DNA from: Alphaproteobacteria bacterium
GTDB taxonomy: Bacteria > Pseudomonadota > Alphaproteobacteria > Micropepsales > Micropepsaceae
Direction of reading: 5' to 3'
Assembly (NCBI GenBank): GCA_034440355.1
Contig: JAWXBY010000033.1
Location: 37,850 to 101,849 of the forward strand
Length of the DNA: 64,000 nucleotides
The position numbers were made by a program, and so were the translations under genes. Of this stretch, positions 43,486 through 55,635 are shown piece after piece (position 1 is the stretch's first letter; every line of letters begins with the position of its first letter). The notes below the pieces were generated by a model. That model was not told the origin of the DNA, did not search any database, and saw nothing but the letters and a program-made list of their open reading frames with translations.

Positions 43486-44652
43486 GTGAGCGACGGCGAG
43501 CTCGAACTCACCATCTTGATGCCGTGTCTCAATGAGGCCGAGACGCTTGCGCGTTGTGTCGACAAGGCGCGCGGGTTTCTGAAGGCGAGCGGTGTCGTGG
43601 GCGAAGTGCTCGTCGCCGACAACGGCAGCAGCGACGGTTCGCAGGCGATTGCAGAGGCGCATGGGGCGCGTGTCGTTGCCGTACCTGATCGCGGCTATGG
43701 CGCGGCGTTGATCGGTGGGATCGCGGCGGCGCGCGGACGCTTTGTCATCATGGGCGATGCGGATGACTCTTACGACTTTGCTGCGTTGATGCCGTTCGTC
43801 GAGCGGTTGCGCGCAGGCGCCGACGTCGTGATGGGCAATCGCTTCAAGGGTGGGATTGCGCCGGGTGCGATGCCGGCGTTGCACCGCTATCTCGGCAATC
43901 CCGGCTTGAGTTTTCTGGGGCGGTTGTTCTTCGGCGTGCGCGCCGGCGATTTTCATTGCGGCCTGCGCGGGTTCGATCGCGACCGCGTCCGCGCGCTCGA
44001 TCTGCGCACCACGGGGATGGAGTTTGCGAGCGAGATGGTGGTGCGGGCGGCGCTCGCCGGCTATCGCATCGAGGAGGTGCCGACGACGCTGTCGCCTGAC
44101 GGGCGGTCGCGGCCGCCGCACTTGCGGCCTTGGCGTGACGGGTGGCGGCATTTGCGGTTTCTGCTGATCTATTCGCCGCGCTGGTTGTTTCTTTATCCGG
44201 GGCTGGCGATCCTGCTGGCCGGGCTGATCGGGACGGTGGTGCTGTTGCCCGGCGCGGTGAAGGTTGCGGGCGTCGTGTTTGATCTGCACACGTTCATCGT
44301 GTCGTGCTTCGCCATTCTGGTCGGTTTGCAGAGCATCACCTTTGCCGTCATCGCGCGGAAGTATGCGGCGCAGCGTGGGCTTGTGCCGCCGTCGGCGAGT
44401 TACGGCCAACTGCTGTCGGGTATCACAATGGAGCGGATGCTGATTGCGGCGCTGATCGGCGGCGCGGCGGGTGTCGGCGGGTTGCTCTACTGCTTTTGGG
44501 TTTGGGCAGCGGCGGATTTCGGCGAGGCCGGTTATCACGCGCAGTTGCGGACGTTGTCGTTATCGGCGACGGCTGTCGCGGCGGGACTTCAACTCGCGTT
44601 TGCGGCTTTCTTGAGCGGCGTCATGGATGTGGGCACGCGCGCACCCAAATAG
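43486..44652 (+). CDS. Family 2 glycosyltransferase with C-terminal TM helices (polyprenol-phosphate sugar synthase, GtrB/ArnC-like)
   Basis: GTG start. LTILMPCLNEAETLARCV...VADNGSSDGS...GDADDSYD, followed by several TM segments. Confidence 0.8.
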   Translation: MSDGELELTILMPCLNEAETLARCVDKARGFLKASGVVGEVLVADNGSSDGSQAIAEAHGARVVAVPDRGYGAALIGGIAAARGRFVIMGDADDSYDFAALMPFVERLRAGADVVMGNRFKGGIAPGAMPALHRYLGNPGLSFLGRLFFGVRAGDFHCGLRGFDRDRVRALDLRTTGMEFASEMVVRAALAGYRIEEVPTTLSPDGRSRPPHLRPWRDGWRHLRFLLIYSPRWLFLYPGLAILLAGLIGTVVLLPGAVKVAGVVFDLHTFIVSCFAILVGLQSITFAVIARKYAAQRGLVPPSASYGQLLSGITMERMLIAALIGGAAGVGGLLYCFWVWAAADFGEAGYHAQLRTLSLSATAVAAGLQLAFAAFLSGVMDVGTRAPK

Positions 44653-46329
44653 ATTCCGACGACGATGAAGATCAACACGAATGGCGCCGCGGGCGACATG
44701 TATTGCACGTTGATCGCCTCCCACGATGTGACGTCGATGGTTGCGATCAGCACGGCGCGCGAGACAACGGCGGTGAAGGCCGACGGCGACGACGACGAGC
44801 GCGCAGTTCAGCGGCACGCTGCGATGGAACACGGTCGCCACGGCGAACATCAGCATTGCGAAGGCGAAGGCGTAAGGCACGAGCAGCGCGTAAGTTTGGG
44901 CGAGCAGCTTCATGGCGCCGAGTGGTTGCGATGGCGGTTCGTCTTTGGTTGGCGCGATGGAACCGGCCATGTCGCGGAAGGCGGCGAGCTGTTCGGGCGT
45001 GCCAACGCTCGGCGCCATGCCGACATCGCCGAAACCGAAGCGCAGCAGAAGCGTGAGGGCGTCAAAACTGCGGCCGGGCAGGCTCGCGATATGCGCGGGC
45101 GTAAGCGGCGGCATCATGCCGACGCGTTCCGGGCCGCAGGAGATCTTGCCGGCGTCGCAGGCCGCGTTGATTTCGGCCTCGAGTTTTTCGAAGAAGGCTT
45201 GGGATGCGGCGGCGTCGTTCATGTGGCCGGCCTCGCGCGTCGCCTCGCGCAGCGCCCACATGAACCAGCCGCCGCCGAAGCCTGTGGGGCAGGGTGCGAG
45301 CGCCAGGGACTCGCAGCCGATCTTGCGCCAATTGTCGCCGCGCTCGCCGTCGAGCGAGGGCTGGAGTTCGCGTGCGGCGGCGCTTGCCTCATACGCGCGG
45401 GCAGCCGCGTCGGCGGTGAAGAAGATGCGCGGCGCCGGTGCGTCCTCGCGGATGCGCAGTAGCGCGCCGTAAGCCGACGGCATTGCGCCTTCGCGCGTTT
45501 CGTTGGTGATGAAGGTGCCGTAGTGAGCTTGGTTGAGCCACGCTATGCCGCCGGCGAGGGCTGCAAACGGCAGAATGAGCGCTGCGCCTTGCAGCGCGAC
45601 GGGCACGACGTTGTCGCGCAAGCGCGGGAAGCCGCTGCGCCACCAGGCCGCGCTTGTGCCGACGGCGGGCACGACGGCCAATACGGCGAGGGAGGGGTAG
45701 AGCCAAACGCTTTCCTCGCGTGTGAGCCAGTACGCTGCGAACGAGACGCTGAAGCCTGCAAGCGCGACCATACGGGGTAGAGGCGTCAGATCTCGCTTAA
45801 GTAACGCGAGCGCCGCGGAGGCGAAGACGGCGAGGCCCAGGCTGGCGTAGAGCGGCTCGCGCGTCACGCGCACGAGGTCGGGGTGCCAGACGATCGGGCT
45901 CAGCGCGAGCAAGGCGAAGTGGATCAGCGTCGCCGTGCGAGGCAAACCCAGATGACGCATTGATACGGCGGTGATGCCGGCGACGATGAGTGCAACCGCC
46001 TGCTGAGCGACGAGCAGCGGCGCACCGACGGCATGCGTCGCCGCGATGAAGAGCGAGTAGAACGCGCCTTTGACCAGCGTGAAATCGTCATAAGCGCCGA
46101 GCCAGTCGCCGTCCGAGATGGTTTGCGCGAGGCGGACGAAGAGTGCGTCGTCGGCGAGCGCGAAGCCCAACGCGCGTGGGGCCAATGTGGCCGTCAGGCC
46201 CAGCGCGAGCAGCGCCGCCAACGCGGCAGCGATAAACGCCAGGCGCTGAGCGTTGTCGCGCCACAGTGTGACGAGGGTCCGCATCGAATCGATCCGCCGA
46301 ACTGACTGCGCGTGTCCTTGCATGGACAC
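44589..46329 (-). CDS. Large polytopic membrane protein (ArnT/PMT/GtrC-like glycosyltransferase candidate); the reading frame appears to shift near 44775-44807
   Basis: Track ORF 44560-46329 has about 8 N-terminal TM helices and a soluble domain. Its last roughly 70 codons are Arg-rich with AT-rich third positions. An adjacent frame reads AFTAVVSRAVLIATIDVTSWEAINVQYMSPAAPFVLIFIVVGIYLGARVPTSMTPLKKAANAS* with GC-rich third positions and stops at 44589. Confidence 0.5.
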
Positions 46330-46379
46330 GCGCGCTTGTCAGCCTTGCGAGCCGGCTTTTGCAGACGTCACCGTCCGTC

Positions 46380-46661
46380 TCAGCGGCGGGTAAAGAACAG
46401 ACCCACAGCCGCGAGCGCTGCGGCCGAGAGAGCGCCGCTGAGGAATGGGTGCGATCTCACCGTCTTGCTCACATAGCCCACGCCGTCGTCGGCCCATTCC
46501 GAGACTTGGTCGGCGGCGCCGACGGCATCGCGCCGGAGCGACTTCGCCTTGCGCTGAATCCGGGCCGAGGCCTGATTCATCGTCTTCGTGGCGGTCTTGC
46601 GGACACTGTTCAACGTGGTTCCATTGGCGCGCTTTGCGCGCGTTTTTCGTTTCGTTGCCAT
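46380..46661 (-). CDS. DUF883 (ElaB/YqjD-like) C-tail-anchored stress protein
   Basis: ATG 46661 with an aaggag RBS. The C-terminus HPFLSGALSAAALAAVGLFFTRR is typical of the family. Confidence 0.75.
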   Translation of the reverse strand: MATKRKTRAKRANGTTLNSVRKTATKTMNQASARIQRKAKSLRRDAVGAADQVSEWADDGVGYVSKTVRSHPFLSGALSAAALAAVGLFFTRR

Positions 46662-46696
46662 GACGCGGCTCCTTGAAAATGTACCGGGGATGTAGG

Positions 46697-46721
46697 AACG
46701 CATTCGAGGACGCTGGGTTCC
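46697..46721 (-). promoter_or_regulatory. Sigma-EcfG-type promoter facing the DUF883 gene
   Basis: Minus strand GGAAC(46721-46717)-N16-CGTT(46700-46697), 36 nt upstream of the ATG. Confidence 0.7.
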
Positions 46722-46892
46722 TCCGATCGAGTTCCATGCTCCCGCGCCGAACCCGACAATTGTACGGTCTGGCGAACAACGGCGATCCTTGTCGCCCAGG
46801 ATGAGTGGCAGTGCGCGACGACGACGTTGAAGAATGGAACGCGCGGATTTGAACGTCATCGAGGCGAGTACGGTGGAGGTGCGATCGGCGGC

Positions 46893-47597
46893 CTAAGAGA
46901 ACAGGCGTTTCAATTCGGACTCGGGGACGCCGTAGGTGCTGCCCGCCAACTTCTCAAGAGCTTTGCGATTGACGATCGTGATGATGCCGCGGGCCGCGCG
47001 AATGAGACCTTTTCTTTCCAACACGCCCAACGCAACGGTGACGCCCGACCGGCGCACGCCGAGCATGATGCCGAGAAATTCGTGCGTGAGCGGCAGGTCG
47101 TTCTTGGCGACGCGATCGTGCGCCATCAGGAGCCAGCGAGCCAGCCGGTCTTCGACCTTGCTGCGTCCGTTGGCGAGCGCGGTTTGCGCCGTTTGCACCA
47201 TGAACACATAGGCGTATTGCAGCAGGATCTTGTGCAGGCTGGCGCTTTCTTCCATCGCGCTGCGCAGATTGGCGGCGCTGATGCGCAGGCCGTTGCCCGC
47301 GAGTTGCATGTATGTTGCGTTCGGCGAGCGGTTCGCGCCCATAATGACGGCAAGGCCGGTCACGCCTTCGCACCCGATCAGGCCAACCTCTATGGCATCG
47401 CCGCCGCTGCCGGTTGCGACGATAGACGCAAAGCCGCGCTCAATGAAGTAGACGTAGTCGATGGGTTTGTTCGGCACCTCAAGCGACTTGCGCAGGGGCA
47501 AGTCGACGGGCGAAAGGTGCGGCATGAGCAGGTGTAGATCGGCGCGCGACAGGCGCGATAGAATCCGATTGCCGGTGTCGGCTGTGGCGGTCTGCAT
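46893..47597 (-). CDS. Crp/Fnr family transcriptional regulator
   Basis: cNMP-binding-like N-terminal domain and C-terminal HTH RRSGVTVALGVLERKGLIRAARGIITI. There is no N-terminal Cys cluster, so it is not a classical Fnr. Confidence 0.85.
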   Translation of the reverse strand: MQTATADTGNRILSRLSRADLHLLMPHLSPVDLPLRKSLEVPNKPIDYVYFIERGFASIVATGSGGDAIEVGLIGCEGVTGLAVIMGANRSPNATYMQLAGNGLRISAANLRSAMEESASLHKILLQYAYVFMVQTAQTALANGRSKVEDRLARWLLMAHDRVAKNDLPLTHEFLGIMLGVRRSGVTVALGVLERKGLIRAARGIITIVNRKALEKLAGSTYGVPESELKRLFS

Positions 47598-47877
47598 TTC
47601 ACTCTTTCCCGTGAGGGCAAGAGCGCTTAGCAGTCTCTCAGCCGTCCGCGCCCTGTAACAGTGGCAGACGATGGAGCATTGTACGCCTCATGGCGGCAAT
47701 CGCCTAAACATTAGATTTGTACGGTTTTGTACCTAGTTTTTCGTGCATGAACACTGTGCGTGCATTCTCGCAACGTCTCATGATCGGACCATCTCACGGC
47801 TTGGCATCTCACCGCACTGTCCCCGAGTCGTCCCGCGGATCCGGCAATTAAGCGCGTTTGGACAAGCTCGCTGCCCC

Positions 47878-49632
<1,755 letters not shown>

Positions 49633-49652
49633 GTAGTGTCCCCCGATTGTGT

Positions 49653-50078
49653 CTAGCGCGGTGTGGTCGATTGCGGCGGGCAGGGGAAGTCGCGCTCCAA
49701 GGTCTTCTGCGCGAGCGTTGCGGCGGGGAGGTCGAGGGCGGCCGGGTTGAGCTTGGCGAAATTCACGATGCGGGTCGCCATGTCGCGGTAGGAGAGAAAG
49801 TCGGGCATGCGCACGCACGCTTCTTTCGACGTGAAGGGCAGGCCCTTGACCATCGCGTCCGTGCGCGCACGCTCACGCGCGACCAGCGACTGGAAGAAGC
49901 CAAGCAGGAAGTTGCGGCACGGGTGCGGCGTGCGGGCGACGTTGTTGTCCTGAGTCTGATCGGCAGCGATGTAGTCGCTACAGGCGGCGACAAGTTCGCG
50001 GCCGGTCTTGATGTCGGCGGCGTGGCTGGTCGCCGCAAACAGCAAGAGCGCGGCGCAGGCGATCGCGAAGCGGCGCAT
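49653..50078 (-). CDS. Secreted Cys-containing protein, Rap1a/Tai4 immunity-protein-like pattern
   Basis: Trimmed to ATG 50078 (signal MRRFAIACAALLLFAATSHA). The pattern G.EL..AC...C.NFLLGF...ACV..P....M...IVNF...NP...L.A..L...L...FPC resembles the Rap1a-type fold. This is a by-eye call only. Confidence 0.4.
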   Translation of the reverse strand: MRRFAIACAALLLFAATSHAADIKTGRELVAACSDYIAADQTQDNNVARTPHPCRNFLLGFFQSLVARERARTDAMVKGLPFTSKEACVRMPDFLSYRDMATRIVNFAKLNPAALDLPAATLAQKTLERDFPCPPQSTTPR

Positions 50079-50170
50079 GGCGTAAGGTCCTTCCGGTGGC
50101 GTCCCCAATATCCGGCGGAGGGTAGGGCGTGATACAGCTTCAGACAACCCGTTTAGAGGACGCAGACGCC

Positions 50171-50800
50171 ATGCTGGACGCCGCCATTCGCCCCCATATC
50201 GACAAGCCGCTTGCCGTGGTGGCGAAGCAGGCCGTGGCGTGGGGCGTCAGCGCCAATGCGGCGACGGTGTCGGCGTTCGCGCTGGGGATCGGGGCGGCGG
50301 CTTTGGTTGCGGCGCAACTCTATTGGCCGGCGCTGGGGCTGTTGTTGGTCAGCCGGTTCTTGGACGGGCTGGACGGTGCGATCGCGCGGCAGACGCAGCT
50401 CACGGATCTCGGCGGGTATTTGGATATTACGCTCGACTTCATCGTCTACGCGTCCGTCGTGTTCGCGTTTGCTTTGGCGGATCCGGTTCGCAATGCGTTG
50501 GCGGCTGCGTTCTTGACGACGAGCTTCATGGCGCCCGCCGCCACGTTTCTGGCGTACGCGATCTTCGCGCAGAAGCATGGCATCACGACGGAGATTCGCG
50601 GGGCGAAGTCGCTCTATTATCTCGGCGGGTTGACGGAGGGGTTCGAGACGATCCTGACGCTCTGCCTCATGTGCGCGTTTCCGGATTGGTTTGCGGTGAT
50701 CGCGGTCGTCTACGGCGTCATGTGCTGGATCACCGGCGGTACGCGGATCGCGGTTGCGGTGCAGACATTCGGCGCACGCTTGCCTCGCGAGGAGGGCTGA
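50171..50800 (+). CDS. CDP-alcohol phosphatidyltransferase family protein
   Basis: Motif DGLDGAIAR...G...D...D in a polytopic membrane protein. The start (ATG 50171 or GTG 50129) is uncertain. Confidence 0.8.
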   Translation: MLDAAIRPHIDKPLAVVAKQAVAWGVSANAATVSAFALGIGAAALVAAQLYWPALGLLLVSRFLDGLDGAIARQTQLTDLGGYLDITLDFIVYASVVFAFALADPVRNALAAAFLTTSFMAPAATFLAYAIFAQKHGITTEIRGAKSLYYLGGLTEGFETILTLCLMCAFPDWFAVIAVVYGVMCWITGGTRIAVAVQTFGARLPREEG

Positions 50801-50801
50801 C

Positions 50802-51959
50802 ATGTTCGAACTCACGCCGGCGCAGACGGCCATCGGCGACGCCGTCGGGCGCATTTGCGCGAAGTACGACGACGCCTATTGGCTTGCGCGCGACAACGAT
50901 CATCGTTTTCCGGACGAGTTCGTGCGCGATATCGCGGCCGGTGGCTTTCTCGGCATTGCGATGCCGGAGAGCGCGGGTGGTTCGGGGCTTGGCGTTACCG
51001 AAGCGGCGGTGATGATGCATCGCATCGCTTCGTCCGGCGCGGCGATGACAGGCGTGTCGGCGGTGCACATCAACATTTTCGGGCCGCATCCGATTGCGGT
51101 GTTCGGCACCGATGCGCAGAAGGCGCGCATCTTGCCGCCGCTCATCAAAGGCGAGACGCGGTGCTGTTTCGGCGTGACGGAGCCGGACGCGGGCCTCGAC
51201 ACATCGTCGATCAAGACGCGGGCGGAACGGTCCGGCAATCAGTGGGTCGTGAACGGACGCAAGATGTGGACGACCACGGCGCAGACGGCGACGCATATTC
51301 TGCTGCTCGCGCGCACGTCGCCCAAGGGCCGGAAGCCGACCGACGGGTTGAGTTTGTTCTACACGGCGCTCGACCGCGCGCATGTGGAGGTGCGCGAGAT
51401 CGCGAAGATGGGGCGGCATGCGGTCGACACGAACATGCTGTTCATCGATAATTTGCCGGTGCCTGCCGACGACTTGGTCGGTGAGGAGGGCAAGGGGTTC
51501 GACTATCTGCTGCATGCGTTCAACCCCGAGCGCATTCTGATTGCGGCGGAGGCGATCGGCGTTGGGCAGGATGCTTTGCGGCGTGCTGCGAAGTATGCGC
51601 GCGAGCGCGTCGTGTTCGGGCGGCCGATCGGGCAGAACCAGGCGATCCAGCACCCGCTTGCGCGGTCGTGGGCTGAGCTTCAGGCGGCGTGGCTGATGAC
51701 GATGAACGCTGCGGCGCTCTACGACGCAGGCAAACCGTGCGGCTTGGAGGCGAACGCCGCGAAATATCTCGCCGCGGAGGCTGCGTTTCGCGCTTGCGAG
51801 ACGGCGGTGATGACGCATGGCGGGATGGGCTATGCGCGCGAGTTCCATGTCGAGCGGCTGTTCCGCGAAGTGCTGATCGCCCGTATTGCGCCGGTCAGCC
51901 GCGAGATGATCTTGAACTTCATTGCAGAGAAGGCACTGGGACTGCCGAAATCCTACTAG
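50802..51959 (+). CDS. Acyl-CoA dehydrogenase family protein
   Basis: Trimmed to ATG 50802, 1 nt after the upstream TGA. CCFGVTEPDAGLD, and GGMGYAREFHVERLFRE at the C-terminus. Confidence 0.9.
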   Translation: MFELTPAQTAIGDAVGRICAKYDDAYWLARDNDHRFPDEFVRDIAAGGFLGIAMPESAGGSGLGVTEAAVMMHRIASSGAAMTGVSAVHINIFGPHPIAVFGTDAQKARILPPLIKGETRCCFGVTEPDAGLDTSSIKTRAERSGNQWVVNGRKMWTTTAQTATHILLLARTSPKGRKPTDGLSLFYTALDRAHVEVREIAKMGRHAVDTNMLFIDNLPVPADDLVGEEGKGFDYLLHAFNPERILIAAEAIGVGQDALRRAAKYARERVVFGRPIGQNQAIQHPLARSWAELQAAWLMTMNAAALYDAGKPCGLEANAAKYLAAEAAFRACETAVMTHGGMGYAREFHVERLFREVLIARIAPVSREMILNFIAEKALGLPKSY

Positions 51960-52074
51960 CCATTGACCTGTGCGACTGGGCCCCGATACGCTTTTGCGCA
52001 AGGTTGTCGTTTGACGTTGCGATGCGGTGGGGCCAGCCCGAGCGCAGCAGACGACCTTCGAACGAGGGTGAACC

Positions 52075-52623
52075 ATGAGAATTTTCGTGCGCGTTGCTGC
52101 AGTCGCCTTGGCTGCGGGCTTGATGGGCGGCCCCGCGGCGGCGGCGCCTGAGCCTGGCAAGACTGATCCGCAAGCGAGCGAGCCGACGACGGTGAGGAAC
52201 CCGGCGCGTGCGCAGTTCTACATCCGTCAGGGCTTGCCCGCCCCCTATCGCGGCAAAGCGAATCCTCTGGCGACGACGGTGCCGGCGGTGATCAAAGGCG
52301 CGGATCTCTACAACGCGCGTTGCGCGTCGTGTCATGGGTTGATGGGGTTCGGGAATGGCGTGGCCGGCGGTGCGCTGCGTCCGCGTCCCGCGGATCTTGC
52401 GTGGAGCCTTTCGAGTTCGGAGATCAAGGACGACTATCTGTTCTGGACGATCGCCGAAGGCGGTGCGCAATTCGGCTCGAACATGCCGGCGTATAAGAAC
52501 GGTCTGAAAGACTATCAGGTCTGGGAAATCATCACCTATATGCGTGCGGCGTTCGAAGGGCGTGAAGCGCGCGCGCCCTCCGATGGCACGCGTCAGGCGA
52601 TGGCGACGGCCGAGCATCGCTGA
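52075..52623 (+). CDS. Periplasmic c-type cytochrome
   Basis: Signal peptide MRIFVRVAAVALAAGLMGGPAAA, haem-binding CASCHG and a downstream Met (NMPAY). Confidence 0.8.
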   Translation: MRIFVRVAAVALAAGLMGGPAAAAPEPGKTDPQASEPTTVRNPARAQFYIRQGLPAPYRGKANPLATTVPAVIKGADLYNARCASCHGLMGFGNGVAGGALRPRPADLAWSLSSSEIKDDYLFWTIAEGGAQFGSNMPAYKNGLKDYQVWEIITYMRAAFEGREARAPSDGTRQAMATAEHR

Positions 52624-52644
52624 CGCTCGACCCTGATTCGCGGA

Positions 52645-53694
<1,050 letters not shown>

Positions 53695-54495
53695 TTAGCG
53701 GCGGCGGGCGATGATCTCGAGCACGATCGGCGTCACCATGCGCGTGCCGCCGTCGGATTCCGCACGGTCAAGGGCGGTCATGGCGTCAGTTGCTTGCGCT
53801 GCGGTGAGGAAGCCGTCGGCGACCAGCTTGTCGCGAAAGCCGCGCGCGAAGGCGGTCGGCCAGAGCCAGACGTGGTTGTCGGGCGTCACGACATCGACGA
53901 TGGGGGTCAGCGAGATGATGTCGAAGCCTGCTTCTTCGAGGAGGCGCGGTAGCGAGAGCGCACTGTCGATGTTGGCGCCAGTCTTGGCGACGCTGTCGAT
54001 AACGGCGGTGACGAACGTGCTGAACGCGGGCGAATGCGGGGCGAGGCCCCATGAGGCGTAGTTCAGGTATTCGTGGAAGACGGCGACGCCGCCGGGTTTG
54101 AGCGCGCGTGCGATGTTGGCGACACCGAGTCCAGGCTTTGTCAGCCACGAGAATACCCAGCGGCACCACGCGGCGTCGGCGATGCTTTCGCCGATCGGCG
54201 TTTCGGTTATGTCGCCTTCGATCGTCGTGACATTGCTTGCGGCGGCGTGGCGCAGAACATCGAGGAAGCGTGTGGAGCGTTCGATCGCGATGACGCGACC
54301 CTTGGGACCCACGATCTCGGCGAGGTCGAGGCTGGCGTAGCCGGGGCCGCTGCCGACATCGACAACGGTTTGACCTTGCGTCACGCCGGCGCGGCGCCAG
54401 GCGTCGTACATGCGCGGACGCCAGACGCGGTGCTGCAACTGCAGCCGTGCGATCTCTGCGTCGTGCGTGCCTAGGACGTAGTTGCGTTCGGTCAT
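53695..54495 (-). CDS. Class I SAM-dependent methyltransferase
   Basis: Motif I VVDVGSGPGYASLDLAE and post-I region. Confidence 0.85.
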   Translation of the reverse strand: MTERNYVLGTHDAEIARLQLQHRVWRPRMYDAWRRAGVTQGQTVVDVGSGPGYASLDLAEIVGPKGRVIAIERSTRFLDVLRHAAASNVTTIEGDITETPIGESIADAAWCRWVFSWLTKPGLGVANIARALKPGGVAVFHEYLNYASWGLAPHSPAFSTFVTAVIDSVAKTGANIDSALSLPRLLEEAGFDIISLTPIVDVVTPDNHVWLWPTAFARGFRDKLVADGFLTAAQATDAMTALDRAESDGGTRMVTPIVLEIIARRR

Positions 54496-54571
54496 GCGTG
54501 TCTCCCGTCGAGTCCGTGGCGACTCTAGGAACGGCGCTTGCCGCGTTCCACCCGTTTCCTGACGGCGAAGT

Positions 54572-55483
54572 CTACGGTCCCTCGACTTTCACGCCCTTAG
54601 CGCGGAGCATGGTGATGACGCTGTCTTTGCCGGCGAGATGGGCGGCGCCGACGACGATGACGTGGGTGCGGCCGTCGGCCATCATCTTTTCGATTTGCGG
54701 CAGCCACTTGACGTGACGTCCGATCATCATGCGTTCGTTGAGGACGGGGATGTCTTTCGTGCCGTCGTTTAGGATTTTGTCGAGCGCCTTCAGGTTGCCC
54801 TTGCGCCAGGCCGTGATCATGTCGTTGAGCATGTCCGGCGCCGTTTCGATCTGGTCGAGACTGACGACGAGGTATTCGATTTCCTGCTCGCGCGTCAGGC
54901 CGGCGAAGACGTTGAGTTGATCTTCGATCGTCTCAAGCGTTGCGCGTTCTTTTCCGTTTTCTTTGGTCCAGTTCCACACCTGTTGGTCGACGCCGGAGCT
55001 GGGGTCGAAGCCCTTCGAGACGATCCACTGAACGCCGACGGTGATCGCGGCGAGCCATGGACGCAGTGGGTCGAGGGCTGCCGCCTGCAGGCCGATCGAT
55101 GCGGTGACACGTTCGAGTTTCGCGCGGCGTTCGGGCGCCAGCAGTTGGCGCAGCGTCGTGCCTTGCGGCAGCAGGCCGAGGTTGACGATCAGGTCTTTGG
55201 TGGCGGCAGGGTCTTTGGCTTTGTCGAGATCGATTTCGAAGACCACGACCTTCGCTTCATTGAGCGCGGCGTCGAGGGCCGGGGTGCGCCAGTTCACGTC
55301 CTTGGGCAGAAGATGCACGGAGCCGAAGAGGTAGACGTCGCCTTGCGGGCCATCGATCTTCCAGATCGCGGGGGCGTCCGGCGTCGTGTCGCGCGCGAAT
55401 GCCGGCGAGGTTGATTCGGCGACGACGAGGCAGGCGGCGAAGGCTGCGGCAAGCAATACGCGGAAGAACGGAACGCTCGGCAT
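54572..55483 (-). CDS. TraB/GumN family protein
   Basis: Signal peptide, GSVHLLP motif and C-terminal VIVVGAAHLAGKDSVITML. Confidence 0.8.
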   Translation of the reverse strand: MPSVPFFRVLLAAAFAACLVVAESTSPAFARDTTPDAPAIWKIDGPQGDVYLFGSVHLLPKDVNWRTPALDAALNEAKVVVFEIDLDKAKDPAATKDLIVNLGLLPQGTTLRQLLAPERRAKLERVTASIGLQAAALDPLRPWLAAITVGVQWIVSKGFDPSSGVDQQVWNWTKENGKERATLETIEDQLNVFAGLTREQEIEYLVVSLDQIETAPDMLNDMITAWRKGNLKALDKILNDGTKDIPVLNERMMIGRHVKWLPQIEKMMADGRTHVIVVGAAHLAGKDSVITMLRAKGVKVEGP

Positions 55484-55635
55484 TTCGGGGACCCCATCTT
55501 GTGCCGATGGAGATTAGCGGCGGCGTTTGGGCTTATCTATCCCACAAATGCGGGGCCCTGCTTGCGATTGTCACAAGAGTGTTTCGCGGCGGGGCGCAAT
55601 CCGGTACAAGGCGCGCCTTGTTTCGAGACCGTGTC

